Origin: Candidatus Hodarchaeota archaeon
GTDB taxonomy: Archaea; Asgardarchaeota; Lokiarchaeia; Sigyniarchaeales; SOKP01
Reading direction: 5' to 3'
NCBI GenBank assembly: GCA_048886685.1
Contig: JBHLKM010000002.1
Span: 7,532 to 71,531 of the forward strand
Length of the DNA stretch: 64,000 nucleotides
This document shows positions 41,030 to 51,115 of the stretch, one piece after another. How positions within the stretch are numbered: the first letter of the stretch is position 1; each line of letters starts with the position of its first letter. Position numbers and translations under genes: made by a program. A model generated the notes under the pieces. That model was not told the DNA's origin. It saw nothing but the letters and a program-made list of their open reading frames with translations, and ran no database searches.

Positions 41030-42013
41030 CTAAAATCTTAATGGAAAAGTACGTTCTGGAATAACCGGTTCAATAAACTTCGGCAAAATTCTCGCAGCCA
41101 TTCTTCTTTTTATCAATTTTTTATTAATGATTGCTTTCAAGTGGATTTTTATAATGCGAAATGGACATCTAAGCATGAAATTCATATCATTATAAGGTGT
41201 TTTTCGCAAATTCAGAAAATCAGTAAAGAATCTTTCAGCATTTTTTTGAGATCTAGGCATTTCAAATGAAATAAAACGTTTTGTGATTCTTTCCAGTGAT
41301 GCCGAGTCTCTAAAACAATAAAAATTGGAAGCTCTTAACGCCCACTTTATTGCTTCCAATTGGTATTTAGTTGGATCAAGTTTTTTACGTAATGATATAA
41401 GAATTGAGAAAAAAGAAATCATGAGATTCATTATTGTACTTTTAATCATCTCTAGGAAAGTGATTTGAATTTTAGGTCGAATTTTTTCTTTTATTTCATT
41501 GCCATAAAGAGTAGTACTATTTGTTATAATATTCCCTAGAACTATATTCCTCGGGGCAAAGATTGCTGAAAATACTTTATTCACTCTAAAAATTTTATGG
41601 AAATTTGCTTTTTCCCAATATTTAATTTTTGTTAAGAAATGACTAACAAAAATACCTGTGGTTTGTTGGATTACACCCAATATCTTTTTACTTAATTTCT
41701 TATCAAATTCCCTAAATTTATGTTTAATTTCTAAGGCAATGAAATATTTTTCTATCTCTTTGATATGACGGTTAGAAACTCGATTTTTGAAGATTATGAG
41801 TAAATCACAATCAGAGACTGCAACTGCTTCACTTTTTGCTCTTTGGCTTCCAAATAAAAGGATTGATAAAATTTTATTAATTCCAATCTCTTTATTAACA
41901 AGAGATATTATATCCTTTATGTAATTACGGGATTGCGTATTAATTCCCTGCAGATTGTTAGAAATCTTCTCTTCGAAGACTTTAGTGCTTCTTATGATAT
42001 TTGTATCTTGCAC
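41030..42013 (-). CDS. Pol-beta-type nucleotidyltransferase domain protein
   Basis: ILLFGS...SDCDLLII motif; basic helical C-terminal half. Confidence 0.75.
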   Translation of the reverse strand: MQDTNIIRSTKVFEEKISNNLQGINTQSRNYIKDIISLVNKEIGINKILSILLFGSQRAKSEAVAVSDCDLLIIFKNRVSNRHIKEIEKYFIALEIKHKFREFDKKLSKKILGVIQQTTGIFVSHFLTKIKYWEKANFHKIFRVNKVFSAIFAPRNIVLGNIITNSTTLYGNEIKEKIRPKIQITFLEMIKSTIMNLMISFFSILISLRKKLDPTKYQLEAIKWALRASNFYCFRDSASLERITKRFISFEMPRSQKNAERFFTDFLNLRKTPYNDMNFMLRCPFRIIKIHLKAIINKKLIKRRMAARILPKFIEPVIPERTFPLRF

Positions 42014-42130
42014 TTTAAATCTTTAAAATTGAGTTAATGTTTTTATTAGGACCTTCTCTTAAATATTATCAACTAAGATTTATAAATATAATAAAAATTG
42101 TATTTATTTATTTTTTTGATTGTGTGAAAG

Positions 42131-44185
42131 TTATTTATCCAGATTATATGCTACTTCAAATCCTTCATGAATTGCTTCCAGCATCGTTCTTGGCTCTTTA
42201 CTGTCCCCAATATTAAATATTTTGTAGGATGGATTCATGGCTTTTACTTTTTCATAAAGATCGGTATTACCCTTCACTCCAGTTGCTAAGATAAATGTAT
42301 CCACATTATCAATTCTATGGGTTTCTTCTTCCTTATCAGAGATCTTAATCTTATACTCAACTGAATTCCCTTCGAATTTTGTGATTTCGGCATTTAAAAT
42401 GGAGTTTATCTGCAATTTCATTGACATACCAATCAAATATCCCCTTGTAGTTCTTCCCACGTTTGTAGCTAGTCTCGGTAATATATCTATTATGGTAACA
42501 TTTCGATTTCCTTTCAGCCATCGTTTGATAATTTCTTCCTGAGGTATCAAGTCATAAAAACTAAGGAAATGTGCAATATCGGAATTAATGGCTCCTAGCT
42601 CGGCAGCCCAAATCGCCGTTTCTAAACCGGTTCCTCCCCCACCAACAACAACGACATTTTTCCCCACAACATGATCTCCGGCTAAAGCTTCATCTGCAAA
42701 ACATATATCACTCCCATTTGAACCGTCAATTCCTGGAATATCCGGGATGGAGAACTTTACTCCAGTTGCGAATATAACAGCATCCGGATTAAAATCATTA
42801 ATAAATTCTGGAGTGGCTTCGGTTGCTATTCTTAATTTTATATGACGATGACGAATTTGTGCTTCATAGTAACTTAACATCTCTGAGATGTTTCTTCTAC
42901 TATGTGGAACAGCCGCAACTTTCATCTGCCCACCTATGGATTCACTTTTTTCTACTATTGTTACATCATGCCCCAGTACTGCAGCAACTCGAGCCGCTTC
43001 AAGTCCACCTGGACCGCTTCCAACGACTAAAACCTTTTGAGGATTATCAGTTTTCTTGCTTAGGTCAATATCCCCTTCTTTGGCTGTAATGTAATTTCTC
43101 ATACATACAACAGATCTACCACTAAAGATTGTATCGAAACAACCTTGATTACAAGCCACGCATTTCATAATATCCCAAAGTCGGTTTTCTTTCGTTTTAT
43201 TGGGTAATTCTGGGTCAACTATCAGTCCTCTTCCCATACAAATTGCATCTACTCTTTCATCTCTTAATATTTGCTCTGCTATTAATGGATCATTTATCCG
43301 ATTTGCCATAAAAACGGGGACATTCACTTCCTTTTTAATGTTCTCACCGAGATATACATATGCTGCTTGCGGTACCATCATAGGAAGTTGCGGAATTCTG
43401 GTCTCGTGCCATCCTCCCGTTACATTTAAAAATTCTATTCCTGCTTCTTCGTAGTGTTTCGAAAAAATTGGGCTTTGCGTCCAATCGTTGGAGTCTGGAA
43501 CGAAATCATCACCAGCAACGCGCATTCCCACTATCATTCTTCCTCCTACTCTCTTTTTCACCAGTTTAATTAACTCGATTGGATATCTTAGACGATTTTC
43601 TAAAGATCCACCATATTCATCGGTTCTTAAGTTGATTTTTGGGCTTAAAAATTGATTAATTAGATAACCTGCGCTTCCGAGTAATTCCACTCCATCGAAA
43701 CCAGCTTCTAATAAACGTTCCGCAGCTAATGCATGCTCTTCCTGTATTTGTTTTATTTCATCAATGGTTAATTCTTTAGGCACCAATCGTGTAAGGTTTG
43801 ATCTCACTGCAGAAGCGGATACTGCTTTTGGACTAGGAAAATATGCGCCTTGATGCATTATTTGTGCCATGACTTTAGCACCGTGTTTATGCATTTTTTC
43901 GGCAAATGCAGTGTATCCAGGAATAAATTTATCATCTCCAATATATGGTGTACCTCCACTATTAGGACTAATTCCTAATCCACCAATTATAATTAATCCT
44001 ACTCCACCCTTTGCTCGTCTTTCGTAAAAATTAGTGAAAACATCATTAACTTCTCCTTTAGGTGTGTAACCCAGACCTAGAGCTGGCATAACAAATCGAT
44101 TTTTTACTTCCAAATCCCGAATTTTTAAAGGCTCAAATATTTTTATGAATTTCATTTTCTTTACATTCTCTTTTATAATTATCAA
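42131..44185 (-). CDS. NADH:flavin oxidoreductase, 2,4-dienoyl-CoA reductase (FadH)-like
   Basis: OYE barrel (RAKGGVGLII, GYLINQFLSP..N.RTDEYGGS), CVACNQGC...C Fe-S motif, GSGPGG and GGGGTG Rossmann motifs; likely ATG start at 44155. Confidence 0.92.
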   Translation of the reverse strand: MIIIKENVKKMKFIKIFEPLKIRDLEVKNRFVMPALGLGYTPKGEVNDVFTNFYERRAKGGVGLIIIGGLGISPNSGGTPYIGDDKFIPGYTAFAEKMHKHGAKVMAQIMHQGAYFPSPKAVSASAVRSNLTRLVPKELTIDEIKQIQEEHALAAERLLEAGFDGVELLGSAGYLINQFLSPKINLRTDEYGGSLENRLRYPIELIKLVKKRVGGRMIVGMRVAGDDFVPDSNDWTQSPIFSKHYEEAGIEFLNVTGGWHETRIPQLPMMVPQAAYVYLGENIKKEVNVPVFMANRINDPLIAEQILRDERVDAICMGRGLIVDPELPNKTKENRLWDIMKCVACNQGCFDTIFSGRSVVCMRNYITAKEGDIDLSKKTDNPQKVLVVGSGPGGLEAARVAAVLGHDVTIVEKSESIGGQMKVAAVPHSRRNISEMLSYYEAQIRHRHIKLRIATEATPEFINDFNPDAVIFATGVKFSIPDIPGIDGSNGSDICFADEALAGDHVVGKNVVVVGGGGTGLETAIWAAELGAINSDIAHFLSFYDLIPQEEIIKRWLKGNRNVTIIDILPRLATNVGRTTRGYLIGMSMKLQINSILNAEITKFEGNSVEYKIKISDKEEETHRIDNVDTFILATGVKGNTDLYEKVKAMNPSYKIFNIGDSKEPRTMLEAIHEGFEVAYNLDK

Positions 44186-44338
44186 TTATTACTAGTTTTG
44201 AATTTTTAATGAGTTTTAAATCTTTTAATAAAATTGAAATTGTTTATACTAAGCTCATAGCTATTCAAAGAGTATAAAATTTCTGATTATAATCAAATAA
44301 GAAGAAGAATATAAGGATTCAGATCAAAAAGAAAACCA

Positions 44339-45136
44339 TCAGCGAAAGTAGGAGTCTGCGCCTTTATCTTCTTGAGGTGGTTTCATAAAATGATCAGCTT
44401 GTTTCTTTAATGATTCAAACACAGTTTCCATTTCTTTTATTTTTTCATTTAGAGTACTGAAATCCATTTCTATTGAAAAATAATCTTTTAATAAAGAAAC
44501 TAGAGCTTTTGATGAACGAGGATCTAAAGTCATTATTGGCAATGGTAATGTCTCCGCCAACAAACATATTCCTGGGGCAAAATTATTTGCACCAGCATAA
44601 GCAGGTATTATCCCATTTGCACCTGAAATATATCCACCTTCATATAACTTTGTATTCTCAAATTTAAGGAATTCATTCACAAGATCCTGATTCGTACCAC
44701 ATACATACACTAAGGGAGAATCATGGACAATATCAGAGATCATTGCTCCAGTACTTAGATACATTCTAACTTTCCTACCTGTGATTTTATCCATTTCTTC
44801 ACAAAATATTTTAGAAAACTCAAAAACACCTTCTGGCGTCTGGGGTTGATACGTAGCAGTTAAAATAAAGAAATCGTTTCCATCTTCTTGATCTGTTGGT
44901 TTATAAAATAATTGTGCTGATGGCATTTCTAATGAGCCTTTTTCTACAATGGATTTTGCTGGAAAATCGAAAAACTGAATATTTAAAAACTCTTTAGCCT
45001 TAATAGAATCTTTTATAGAAGTTATAGCCAATTTCGCAACTAATGCGATTCCTGGGAAGCCTATGAGGATCACGGGATCTTTAATATCTTCGGGTTTTAT
45101 ATCAAACTTTTTTTCTATATTTATGTACATTTTCAT
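44339..45136 (-). CDS. PAC2 family proteasome assembly chaperone
   Basis: GFPGIALVAKLA, YQPQT, ISGANGII, CLLAET and DPRSS motifs; C-terminal SYFR. Confidence 0.88.
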   Translation of the reverse strand: MKMYINIEKKFDIKPEDIKDPVILIGFPGIALVAKLAITSIKDSIKAKEFLNIQFFDFPAKSIVEKGSLEMPSAQLFYKPTDQEDGNDFFILTATYQPQTPEGVFEFSKIFCEEMDKITGRKVRMYLSTGAMISDIVHDSPLVYVCGTNQDLVNEFLKFENTKLYEGGYISGANGIIPAYAGANNFAPGICLLAETLPLPIMTLDPRSSKALVSLLKDYFSIEMDFSTLNEKIKEMETVFESLKKQADHFMKPPQEDKGADSYFR

Positions 45137-45150
45137 GAATTCGTCTATAA

Positions 45151-46236
45151 TTATTTATTTATAAATGAAAAACTTTCTCCACAATTTGGACAAAATTTCT
45201 TAGGTGTATTTATTTTGTATCCACAAAAAGGACAATAAAATTCACCTTCTAATTGTAATTTTGTTGGGGAAATCTCGTCAACAGACTGATCCTGACTTTG
45301 ATTTAGTCCTATAGGTTGCGAAACTGTCCTCTCATACCTCTCTCTAACGGGTAAATACTGCTTTTGATAGCTAAAGCCTAAATCTTTTTTAGCCTTTAAA
45401 GACGTGAATAATGAAGTTAAGAAGCAGATAAATAACGGTGCAAGTAAAATATCAACTAAATTGACAAGGATTTGATAAATTATAATCATTCCATAATTTC
45501 TCGTACTTGGGGCTTGCCATAAATCATAATTAGACGAGAGAGTATCAGGATCTAAAAAAACATCTATAATTGAATTAAATATAAAACTACAGATGAAAAT
45601 AAAGATAAAATTGATAATAAAAATACTAATCACTTTCCAGAAATTTCCCCTTGAAACATTCCGTGCTTCTTTGATGGGATTTTCAATATCCTCCATATTA
45701 TAAGTAAAGACCAGAAAAATATAAAACCCAAATATAATAATAGCAGGAATAAATAATAGTAAAGAACCTAATGGTATACATATCCCTATTATTAGAATAA
45801 CCAAGAACATTTTTTTTTTAAATGATGATTTGAAAGCCTCTATAAAACGCGTTTCTATATGTAAATGTCTTTTTAATATATAGTTACTAACTGAACACAT
45901 TGCTATTGTAATAATTATTGCCCCAATTAAATTCTCAAGAAATAACAATGCAATATTTAAGAGTAAAAATGATGTTATTAAGTTCCATTCACTTTCAGTA
46001 AGGCTTACGTTATCAGCGAATTTATCCATTATATCTGATATGTTTAATCCAAAAGAATCAATATACCATTTAAGATCTGTTAATATAAAGATATCTAAGA
46101 CAATTAGTAACACTTGAAAGGAGGCAAGAGGTAAAATTAGGGTCCCATAATTTCTGAAAAATAATTTAAATCCATCTAAAATTATATCAGAAAAGCGTCT
46201 ATTAGCAAGATCAACTAATCTTTGTGATTTTTCCAT
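45151..46236 (-). CDS. Multi-pass membrane protein with C-terminal double zinc ribbon
   Basis: Five to six TMs, NPIKEARNVSRGNFWKV motif and CPFCG..CPNCG tail. Confidence 0.8.
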   Translation of the reverse strand: MEKSQRLVDLANRRFSDIILDGFKLFFRNYGTLILPLASFQVLLIVLDIFILTDLKWYIDSFGLNISDIMDKFADNVSLTESEWNLITSFLLLNIALLFLENLIGAIIITIAMCSVSNYILKRHLHIETRFIEAFKSSFKKKMFLVILIIGICIPLGSLLLFIPAIIIFGFYIFLVFTYNMEDIENPIKEARNVSRGNFWKVISIFIINFIFIFICSFIFNSIIDVFLDPDTLSSNYDLWQAPSTRNYGMIIIYQILVNLVDILLAPLFICFLTSLFTSLKAKKDLGFSYQKQYLPVRERYERTVSQPIGLNQSQDQSVDEISPTKLQLEGEFYCPFCGYKINTPKKFCPNCGESFSFINK

Positions 46237-46353
46237 ACTCTCTATAAAAAAATATTTTATTTATAATTTTTTAGATAAAGATATAATAATCGATTTATTC
46301 ATTACTCTAGAAGGTATTATCTCAGATAAGAATTACTATAAGTTTAACAGTTT

Positions 46354-48240
46354 ATGTTTATCAAAAAACAAACCTCTCGCCAAATCCCAGGAATAATTTC
46401 ATATATGGAATTTTTCCAGTCAAGAAAGTTAGCTTATTCTACTTTTATTGGTACTCCAATTGTAATTGGCTTATTATCGTTAGTTTTACATTATTTTTTA
46501 ATAGATGAAATAGACTTTTTACATTTTTTCAGATTTGTAGGATTATTTTGGTTTGTTTCAGCTTTAGGTGCTAGTTTTTCTATATTATTTTTTTCCAGAA
46601 AAGCACCTATCCTGCGAGCTCCTCCAAATGGATGGGCAATCCAAATGAACGTGTATTTTAGTGCTGTTATAGAATTAATTTTTATTTTTGGACAAATTAT
46701 TGCAATATTGCTCCAAGATATCTGGTATCAAGAGGTATTTTTTATCATGGGAACGATTATATCTTATATTGTTGCTTTTGTCATTTATTTCTCATTTACT
46801 ACTGTAGGTCGTCCAGGATACTTGATTTTATCACTTTTACAGCCTGTAGCTGCTATTATTCTCTATAGCCTTTATACTGGGCAATTTGATTCTGATTTTT
46901 TTATGAGAGCAATAATATTTTTTATTGCATGCGCTCTGTTATTTGCATTTCCATACCGAAGAGGTTTGTTTCAAGTGAGTAATATTTATAAGGAAGCAAC
47001 TGGTATGAGCGGATATCCCTTTATTCGCGCGTTTATTCTTTCTATGATGACAGATGGAAATGATGAGCTTATAGAGAGCTATTTTGAGAGGGTTGGGATA
47101 AATTCTAATGCTAGAATTCAGTATTTAATTATCCGTAGCATATCCTCAAAAGAAATTAAAGGCTTATTCATTATTCCACATATTCATTTCGGACCATTTA
47201 AGTCATGCGGTTCTTCAGATTTACCTGAACATATATATAGAGTATTTAAACACATCCCTGGAACCACAGTATATCATACAACTAATGATCACACTCAAAA
47301 TTTAACTAGTCAAAGCTATGTAGAAATCGTTTTAAAGAAAATAAAGCAAGATATTGAACTTATTAATAATAACCCAGATATTAATTGGGTTAAGGAAGTT
47401 AAAGATTTTTCAAGAAAGATCTCAAATTCTGCCAAACTCATTGGTATTGAAGTTGATAATGTCCCGATGATATTCATTACAAGGCATCCACTTCCTTCTG
47501 ACGATATCGAATCAGGGGTAGGAGATCGAATAAGAAAATATGCAATTTCAAAAGGCCATAAGGATATTATTATTATAGATTCACATAATGCCATTATTGG
47601 TGATGAGGTATTAATTAAAAGGGATTCTATTGAAGCACAAGATTTATTTAATGTAGCACAAAATTTCATTGAAAGTAAAACAGTTCAAGATTCTCAGAAG
47701 GTTCCGATGCGATATGGTGTTGCTAAAGGAGCATTTAAAAATTACTCTGAAAAAGATGGAATAGGTTTAGGCGGAATAGTTGTCCATTTATTTCAAAACA
47801 CCATTACTGATCAAACAACAGCATTAATTCACTTTGATGGAAATAATGCTTTCATAGATATTCGATCTTATATCTTAAATATGCTACAAAACAGAGGAAT
47901 AGAAAGAGGAGAAATTACAACTTCTGATTCACATACAGTAGCAAGACAATTTTCTGCTAGAGGTTATTCCCCCATTGGTGATAAAATAAAAATCGATGAG
48001 ATTCTAGAAAAATTAGATTTTTTAATCCAAGAAGCAGAAAACAATATAGAACCAGTTGAGTTTTATTATAGTGACTCGATAGAACCTAACGTTAAGATTT
48101 GGGGGAACCCAAAGTACTTTAATGCTATTATTGATACACTTAAAGAGGCACTTAGAGTATCTCAGAGCTTATTAACATTTAGTTTAATAATTCCTACGTT
48201 TTTTTCTCTGATATTATTATTTTTTCTCTATAATATCTGA
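46354..48240 (+). CDS. DUF2070 family membrane protein
   Basis: N-terminal TMs, then PHIHFGPF..CGSS, H...H, DSHN, DGNN and TSDSH motifs. Confidence 0.85.
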   Translation: MFIKKQTSRQIPGIISYMEFFQSRKLAYSTFIGTPIVIGLLSLVLHYFLIDEIDFLHFFRFVGLFWFVSALGASFSILFFSRKAPILRAPPNGWAIQMNVYFSAVIELIFIFGQIIAILLQDIWYQEVFFIMGTIISYIVAFVIYFSFTTVGRPGYLILSLLQPVAAIILYSLYTGQFDSDFFMRAIIFFIACALLFAFPYRRGLFQVSNIYKEATGMSGYPFIRAFILSMMTDGNDELIESYFERVGINSNARIQYLIIRSISSKEIKGLFIIPHIHFGPFKSCGSSDLPEHIYRVFKHIPGTTVYHTTNDHTQNLTSQSYVEIVLKKIKQDIELINNNPDINWVKEVKDFSRKISNSAKLIGIEVDNVPMIFITRHPLPSDDIESGVGDRIRKYAISKGHKDIIIIDSHNAIIGDEVLIKRDSIEAQDLFNVAQNFIESKTVQDSQKVPMRYGVAKGAFKNYSEKDGIGLGGIVVHLFQNTITDQTTALIHFDGNNAFIDIRSYILNMLQNRGIERGEITTSDSHTVARQFSARGYSPIGDKIKIDEILEKLDFLIQEAENNIEPVEFYYSDSIEPNVKIWGNPKYFNAIIDTLKEALRVSQSLLTFSLIIPTFFSLILLFFLYNI

Positions 48241-48326
48241 ATTTTTTTCTATGAATATAATTCAATATTTATATAATTCATTCTCTTTATTTTTATTTAT
48301 ACAAATTAAAAAAATCTATACATGAA

Positions 48327-49052
48327 ATGTCATTAGATCCTTTAGATACGTTAAATGGAATATTTTCTCTTGTTTTTGTGGCAATATCTTTATTCGTGGG
48401 CTTTATAATAATCTCTCGATATTTTAAATACAAGGAAAGAGTATATCTTTTAGTTGGTGCTACTTGGGTTTTAATAGCTTCCCCTTGGTGGCCCTCTTGT
48501 ATCTCATTTCTGGTAGCTCTTTCTAATGGCGTTGGAATTACACCTGAATTCTACTTTTTGATAGGAAATATACCTGTCCCCTTGGCAGTGGCACTATGGC
48601 TATTGGCTTTTACAGAGTTCTTATACTCAGAAAAACGTAAGTTAATTCTTTCTATATTCACAGTAATTGGCTTAATCTTTGAAATTTTATTTCTTGTGTT
48701 TCTTTTTCTTAATTCGGATTTTATTGGTGAATTGAACGGGCCCGTAGACGTAAATTATAAATCTTTCATAATGTTTTTTTTGATATCCTATTTACTAATC
48801 GTTGTTATTACTGGATTTTTATTTGCAAATCTTTCTTTAAAATCAAAAGATCCCGAAGTAAAACTTAAAGGTAAATTATTGGTACTCGCATATATCTTCT
48901 TTTCAGTGGGGGCTTTATTAGATTCATCCATACCTTTAAATGAGACATTAATCATAATAACAAGACTAATCTTAATATTAAGTGCATTCTTTTGGTATTC
49001 TGGGTTCTTACTACCAAGGTGGTTGAAAAAATATCTTTTAAAAACAAAGTAA
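48327..49052 (+). CDS. 7-TM membrane protein, putative receptor
   Basis: Seven hydrophobic segments with basic loops after TM1, TM3 and TM5 and a basic C-tail; no enzymatic domain. Confidence 0.8.
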   Translation: MSLDPLDTLNGIFSLVFVAISLFVGFIIISRYFKYKERVYLLVGATWVLIASPWWPSCISFLVALSNGVGITPEFYFLIGNIPVPLAVALWLLAFTEFLYSEKRKLILSIFTVIGLIFEILFLVFLFLNSDFIGELNGPVDVNYKSFIMFFLISYLLIVVITGFLFANLSLKSKDPEVKLKGKLLVLAYIFFSVGALLDSSIPLNETLIIITRLILILSAFFWYSGFLLPRWLKKYLLKTK

Positions 49053-49151
49053 CCTTTCTATTTTTTCTCTATATTACTTAGATATTATCCAGATTCATAT
49101 TTTTTTTCAATCCATTGTTTCTTAATAATTCATTTAAAGTCATGAATCGTA

Positions 49152-49673
49152 ATGTTAAGTTCAGAACTCGAAAAATTGGTGAAGTTAACGCTTATAGGGT
49201 GTCCCGCTGTTGGAAAAACCACCATAGTTAAACTCTTATCAGAAAATACATTAGATCGCTTTTATATTCCAACTCATGGATTGGATTTAAAATCTATAAA
49301 GTTTGATGATTATTATTTAAGACTTTGGGATTTGGGGGGACAGAATAGTTATTTAAGAACATACTCAAAAGATTACTTGCTTGGATCCGATATTATTTTC
49401 GTAGTAACAGACTCTACACCTCGAAATGTATTAAACTCAAGAGAATTAATTAACTATGCATATCATTTTGTGGGGAAAGAATGTCCGATCATCGCAATAG
49501 CGAATAAGCAGGATTTAAAAGATGGTAGAATGGATGCTAAAAGAGTTGAGGATCTTCTACATGTGAAAACATATGGATTAACAGCTATAGAACCAGCAGA
49601 AAAAATGAAATTAATGAAAATAATAAAAAATGAATTAGAAAAAATCGCAATTAGGAGGGGATTAAAGAAATGA
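49152..49673 (+). CDS. Arf-like small GTPase
   Basis: G1 GCPAVGKTT, G2 YIPTHG, G3 WDLGGQ, G4 NKQD, G5 TA; all intact. Confidence 0.92.
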   Translation: MLSSELEKLVKLTLIGCPAVGKTTIVKLLSENTLDRFYIPTHGLDLKSIKFDDYYLRLWDLGGQNSYLRTYSKDYLLGSDIIFVVTDSTPRNVLNSRELINYAYHFVGKECPIIAIANKQDLKDGRMDAKRVEDLLHVKTYGLTAIEPAEKMKLMKIIKNELEKIAIRRGLKK

Positions 49674-50230
49674 ATTTTAATGAAGAAGAATTATTTGGGG
49701 CTGCTTTAATTGGATTTGATATGATTGATGGCCCTTTCCTTAAATGGAAAAAAGAATATAATAAAACAAAAAATATGGTAAAGTTAGATGATTTTGCAAT
49801 GAATTTTTATCTCGCCTTTCGAGGTGGAAATGCATCAGGGAAAAAGCCTAGAGCTATTTTATATGACAATTTTTACATAGTAGCTTTTCCAAGAGATTTG
49901 GAGCTCTGTTGTTTGTTTATGAAACCTGAAGATCTTGATGAAAATATTAAGCAATTAAATAAAGTAGCATGTAGAATTATTACAGAAATGGAAATAATAG
50001 AAGAAAATAAAGCAGAAGAACAAGAAGATTCAGATGAAAATACCGTAGAAGAAATAATGAGAATAATTCCTAATTTATTAACAGGAACTAAGATGACGAC
50101 TCCTGAATTGAGAAGATATTTCAAACTTAGTAACTCTCAAATTTGGAAAATAATGTCTGATTTAGAAAATTCGAAAAAAATCAAACGTTCAGAAAAAAAA
50201 GGAAGAGCTCAACTTTGGACGGCACTTTAA
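49670..50230 (+). CDS. uDENN/longin-like N-terminal domain plus C-terminal winged helix
   Basis: ATGA overlap with the GTPase; LIGFDMIDGPFLKW start motif, acidic linker, MTTPELRRYF.LS.SQIWKIMSDLE...I.R wHTH. Confidence 0.65.
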   Translation: MNFNEEELFGAALIGFDMIDGPFLKWKKEYNKTKNMVKLDDFAMNFYLAFRGGNASGKKPRAILYDNFYIVAFPRDLELCCLFMKPEDLDENIKQLNKVACRIITEMEIIEENKAEEQEDSDENTVEEIMRIIPNLLTGTKMTTPELRRYFKLSNSQIWKIMSDLENSKKIKRSEKKGRAQLWTAL

Positions 50231-50262
50231 AGCTTATAACTTTTCCATTTTTCCATTTTTTT

Positions 50263-51078
50263 TTATCTTGTCCTATGATCCCAACCTTTCTCCTTAGTAT
50301 AAAGACGAGAAAACATAATATAGCAAATATCAGGTAATTCCTTCTCTAAATTGTGCACTGTAATATATCGAAGAATATGATTCAAAACGAATATACCAAC
50401 AAATTCAGCATGATAACTTCCTAAGTTTTTTTCTAATTTGTTTCCGTGAAATTTAATATCTAATCCATTCTCCTTTTCCCACATAATCTCTGTGAAGATT
50501 TCTGGGAAAATTTCCTTTTTAATTAGCCAACCATTAACAGTTTTCCATACCCTAGCTCCTAAAAAAACCTCAAGTTTTTCTTGATCTTTTTCTAGCAAGA
50601 ATTTGAATGGTTCAGCTCTTTGTAATAATACCTTTTGCATCAAATCTGATTTTGAGTTATAATTCTTTTCAAATGGCTCCTCTTTTTTTAACTTTCTTTC
50701 AATAAAATCCATGACAATATCGATAAAAGTTGCACTATCTTCACCAGGCACCCAAATAACATGCTTACCCGAGAAATAAAATTTAAATTCTGCTTCAATT
50801 CCATCTCCAAATTCATCCCCAAAATAAGTATATGCCATATGAATGTTTACTTCAGGAAACATTTCGAGAGTAATAGTCCAATCCTCGCTAAAACCAATAT
50901 TTTCAATTATTCCCCCAAGATCATTGTTAACTATTGATTCAAGGGCATTTAAATCAACATTTAAGAAGATAGAATATTTATTTTTACTAATATCTCCTAA
51001 TTCTTTCTCATGGGGCCCTCTTACGCCTGTAGCATCAATTTGTCCAATAGTCATGAATTTCCTATTTTCAGAAGGCAT
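50263..51078 (-). CDS. Hypothetical protein with two DUF3786-like repeats
   Basis: W...EMFPEVNIH...GDEF...F...GEDSA and a second W...EIFPEIF repeat. Confidence 0.6.
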   Translation of the reverse strand: MPSENRKFMTIGQIDATGVRGPHEKELGDISKNKYSIFLNVDLNALESIVNNDLGGIIENIGFSEDWTITLEMFPEVNIHMAYTYFGDEFGDGIEAEFKFYFSGKHVIWVPGEDSATFIDIVMDFIERKLKKEEPFEKNYNSKSDLMQKVLLQRAEPFKFLLEKDQEKLEVFLGARVWKTVNGWLIKKEIFPEIFTEIMWEKENGLDIKFHGNKLEKNLGSYHAEFVGIFVLNHILRYITVHNLEKELPDICYIMFSRLYTKEKGWDHRTR

Positions 51079-51115
51079 GAAAATTGTTCACAACACTAAC
51101 TAACAATAAGTAAAG

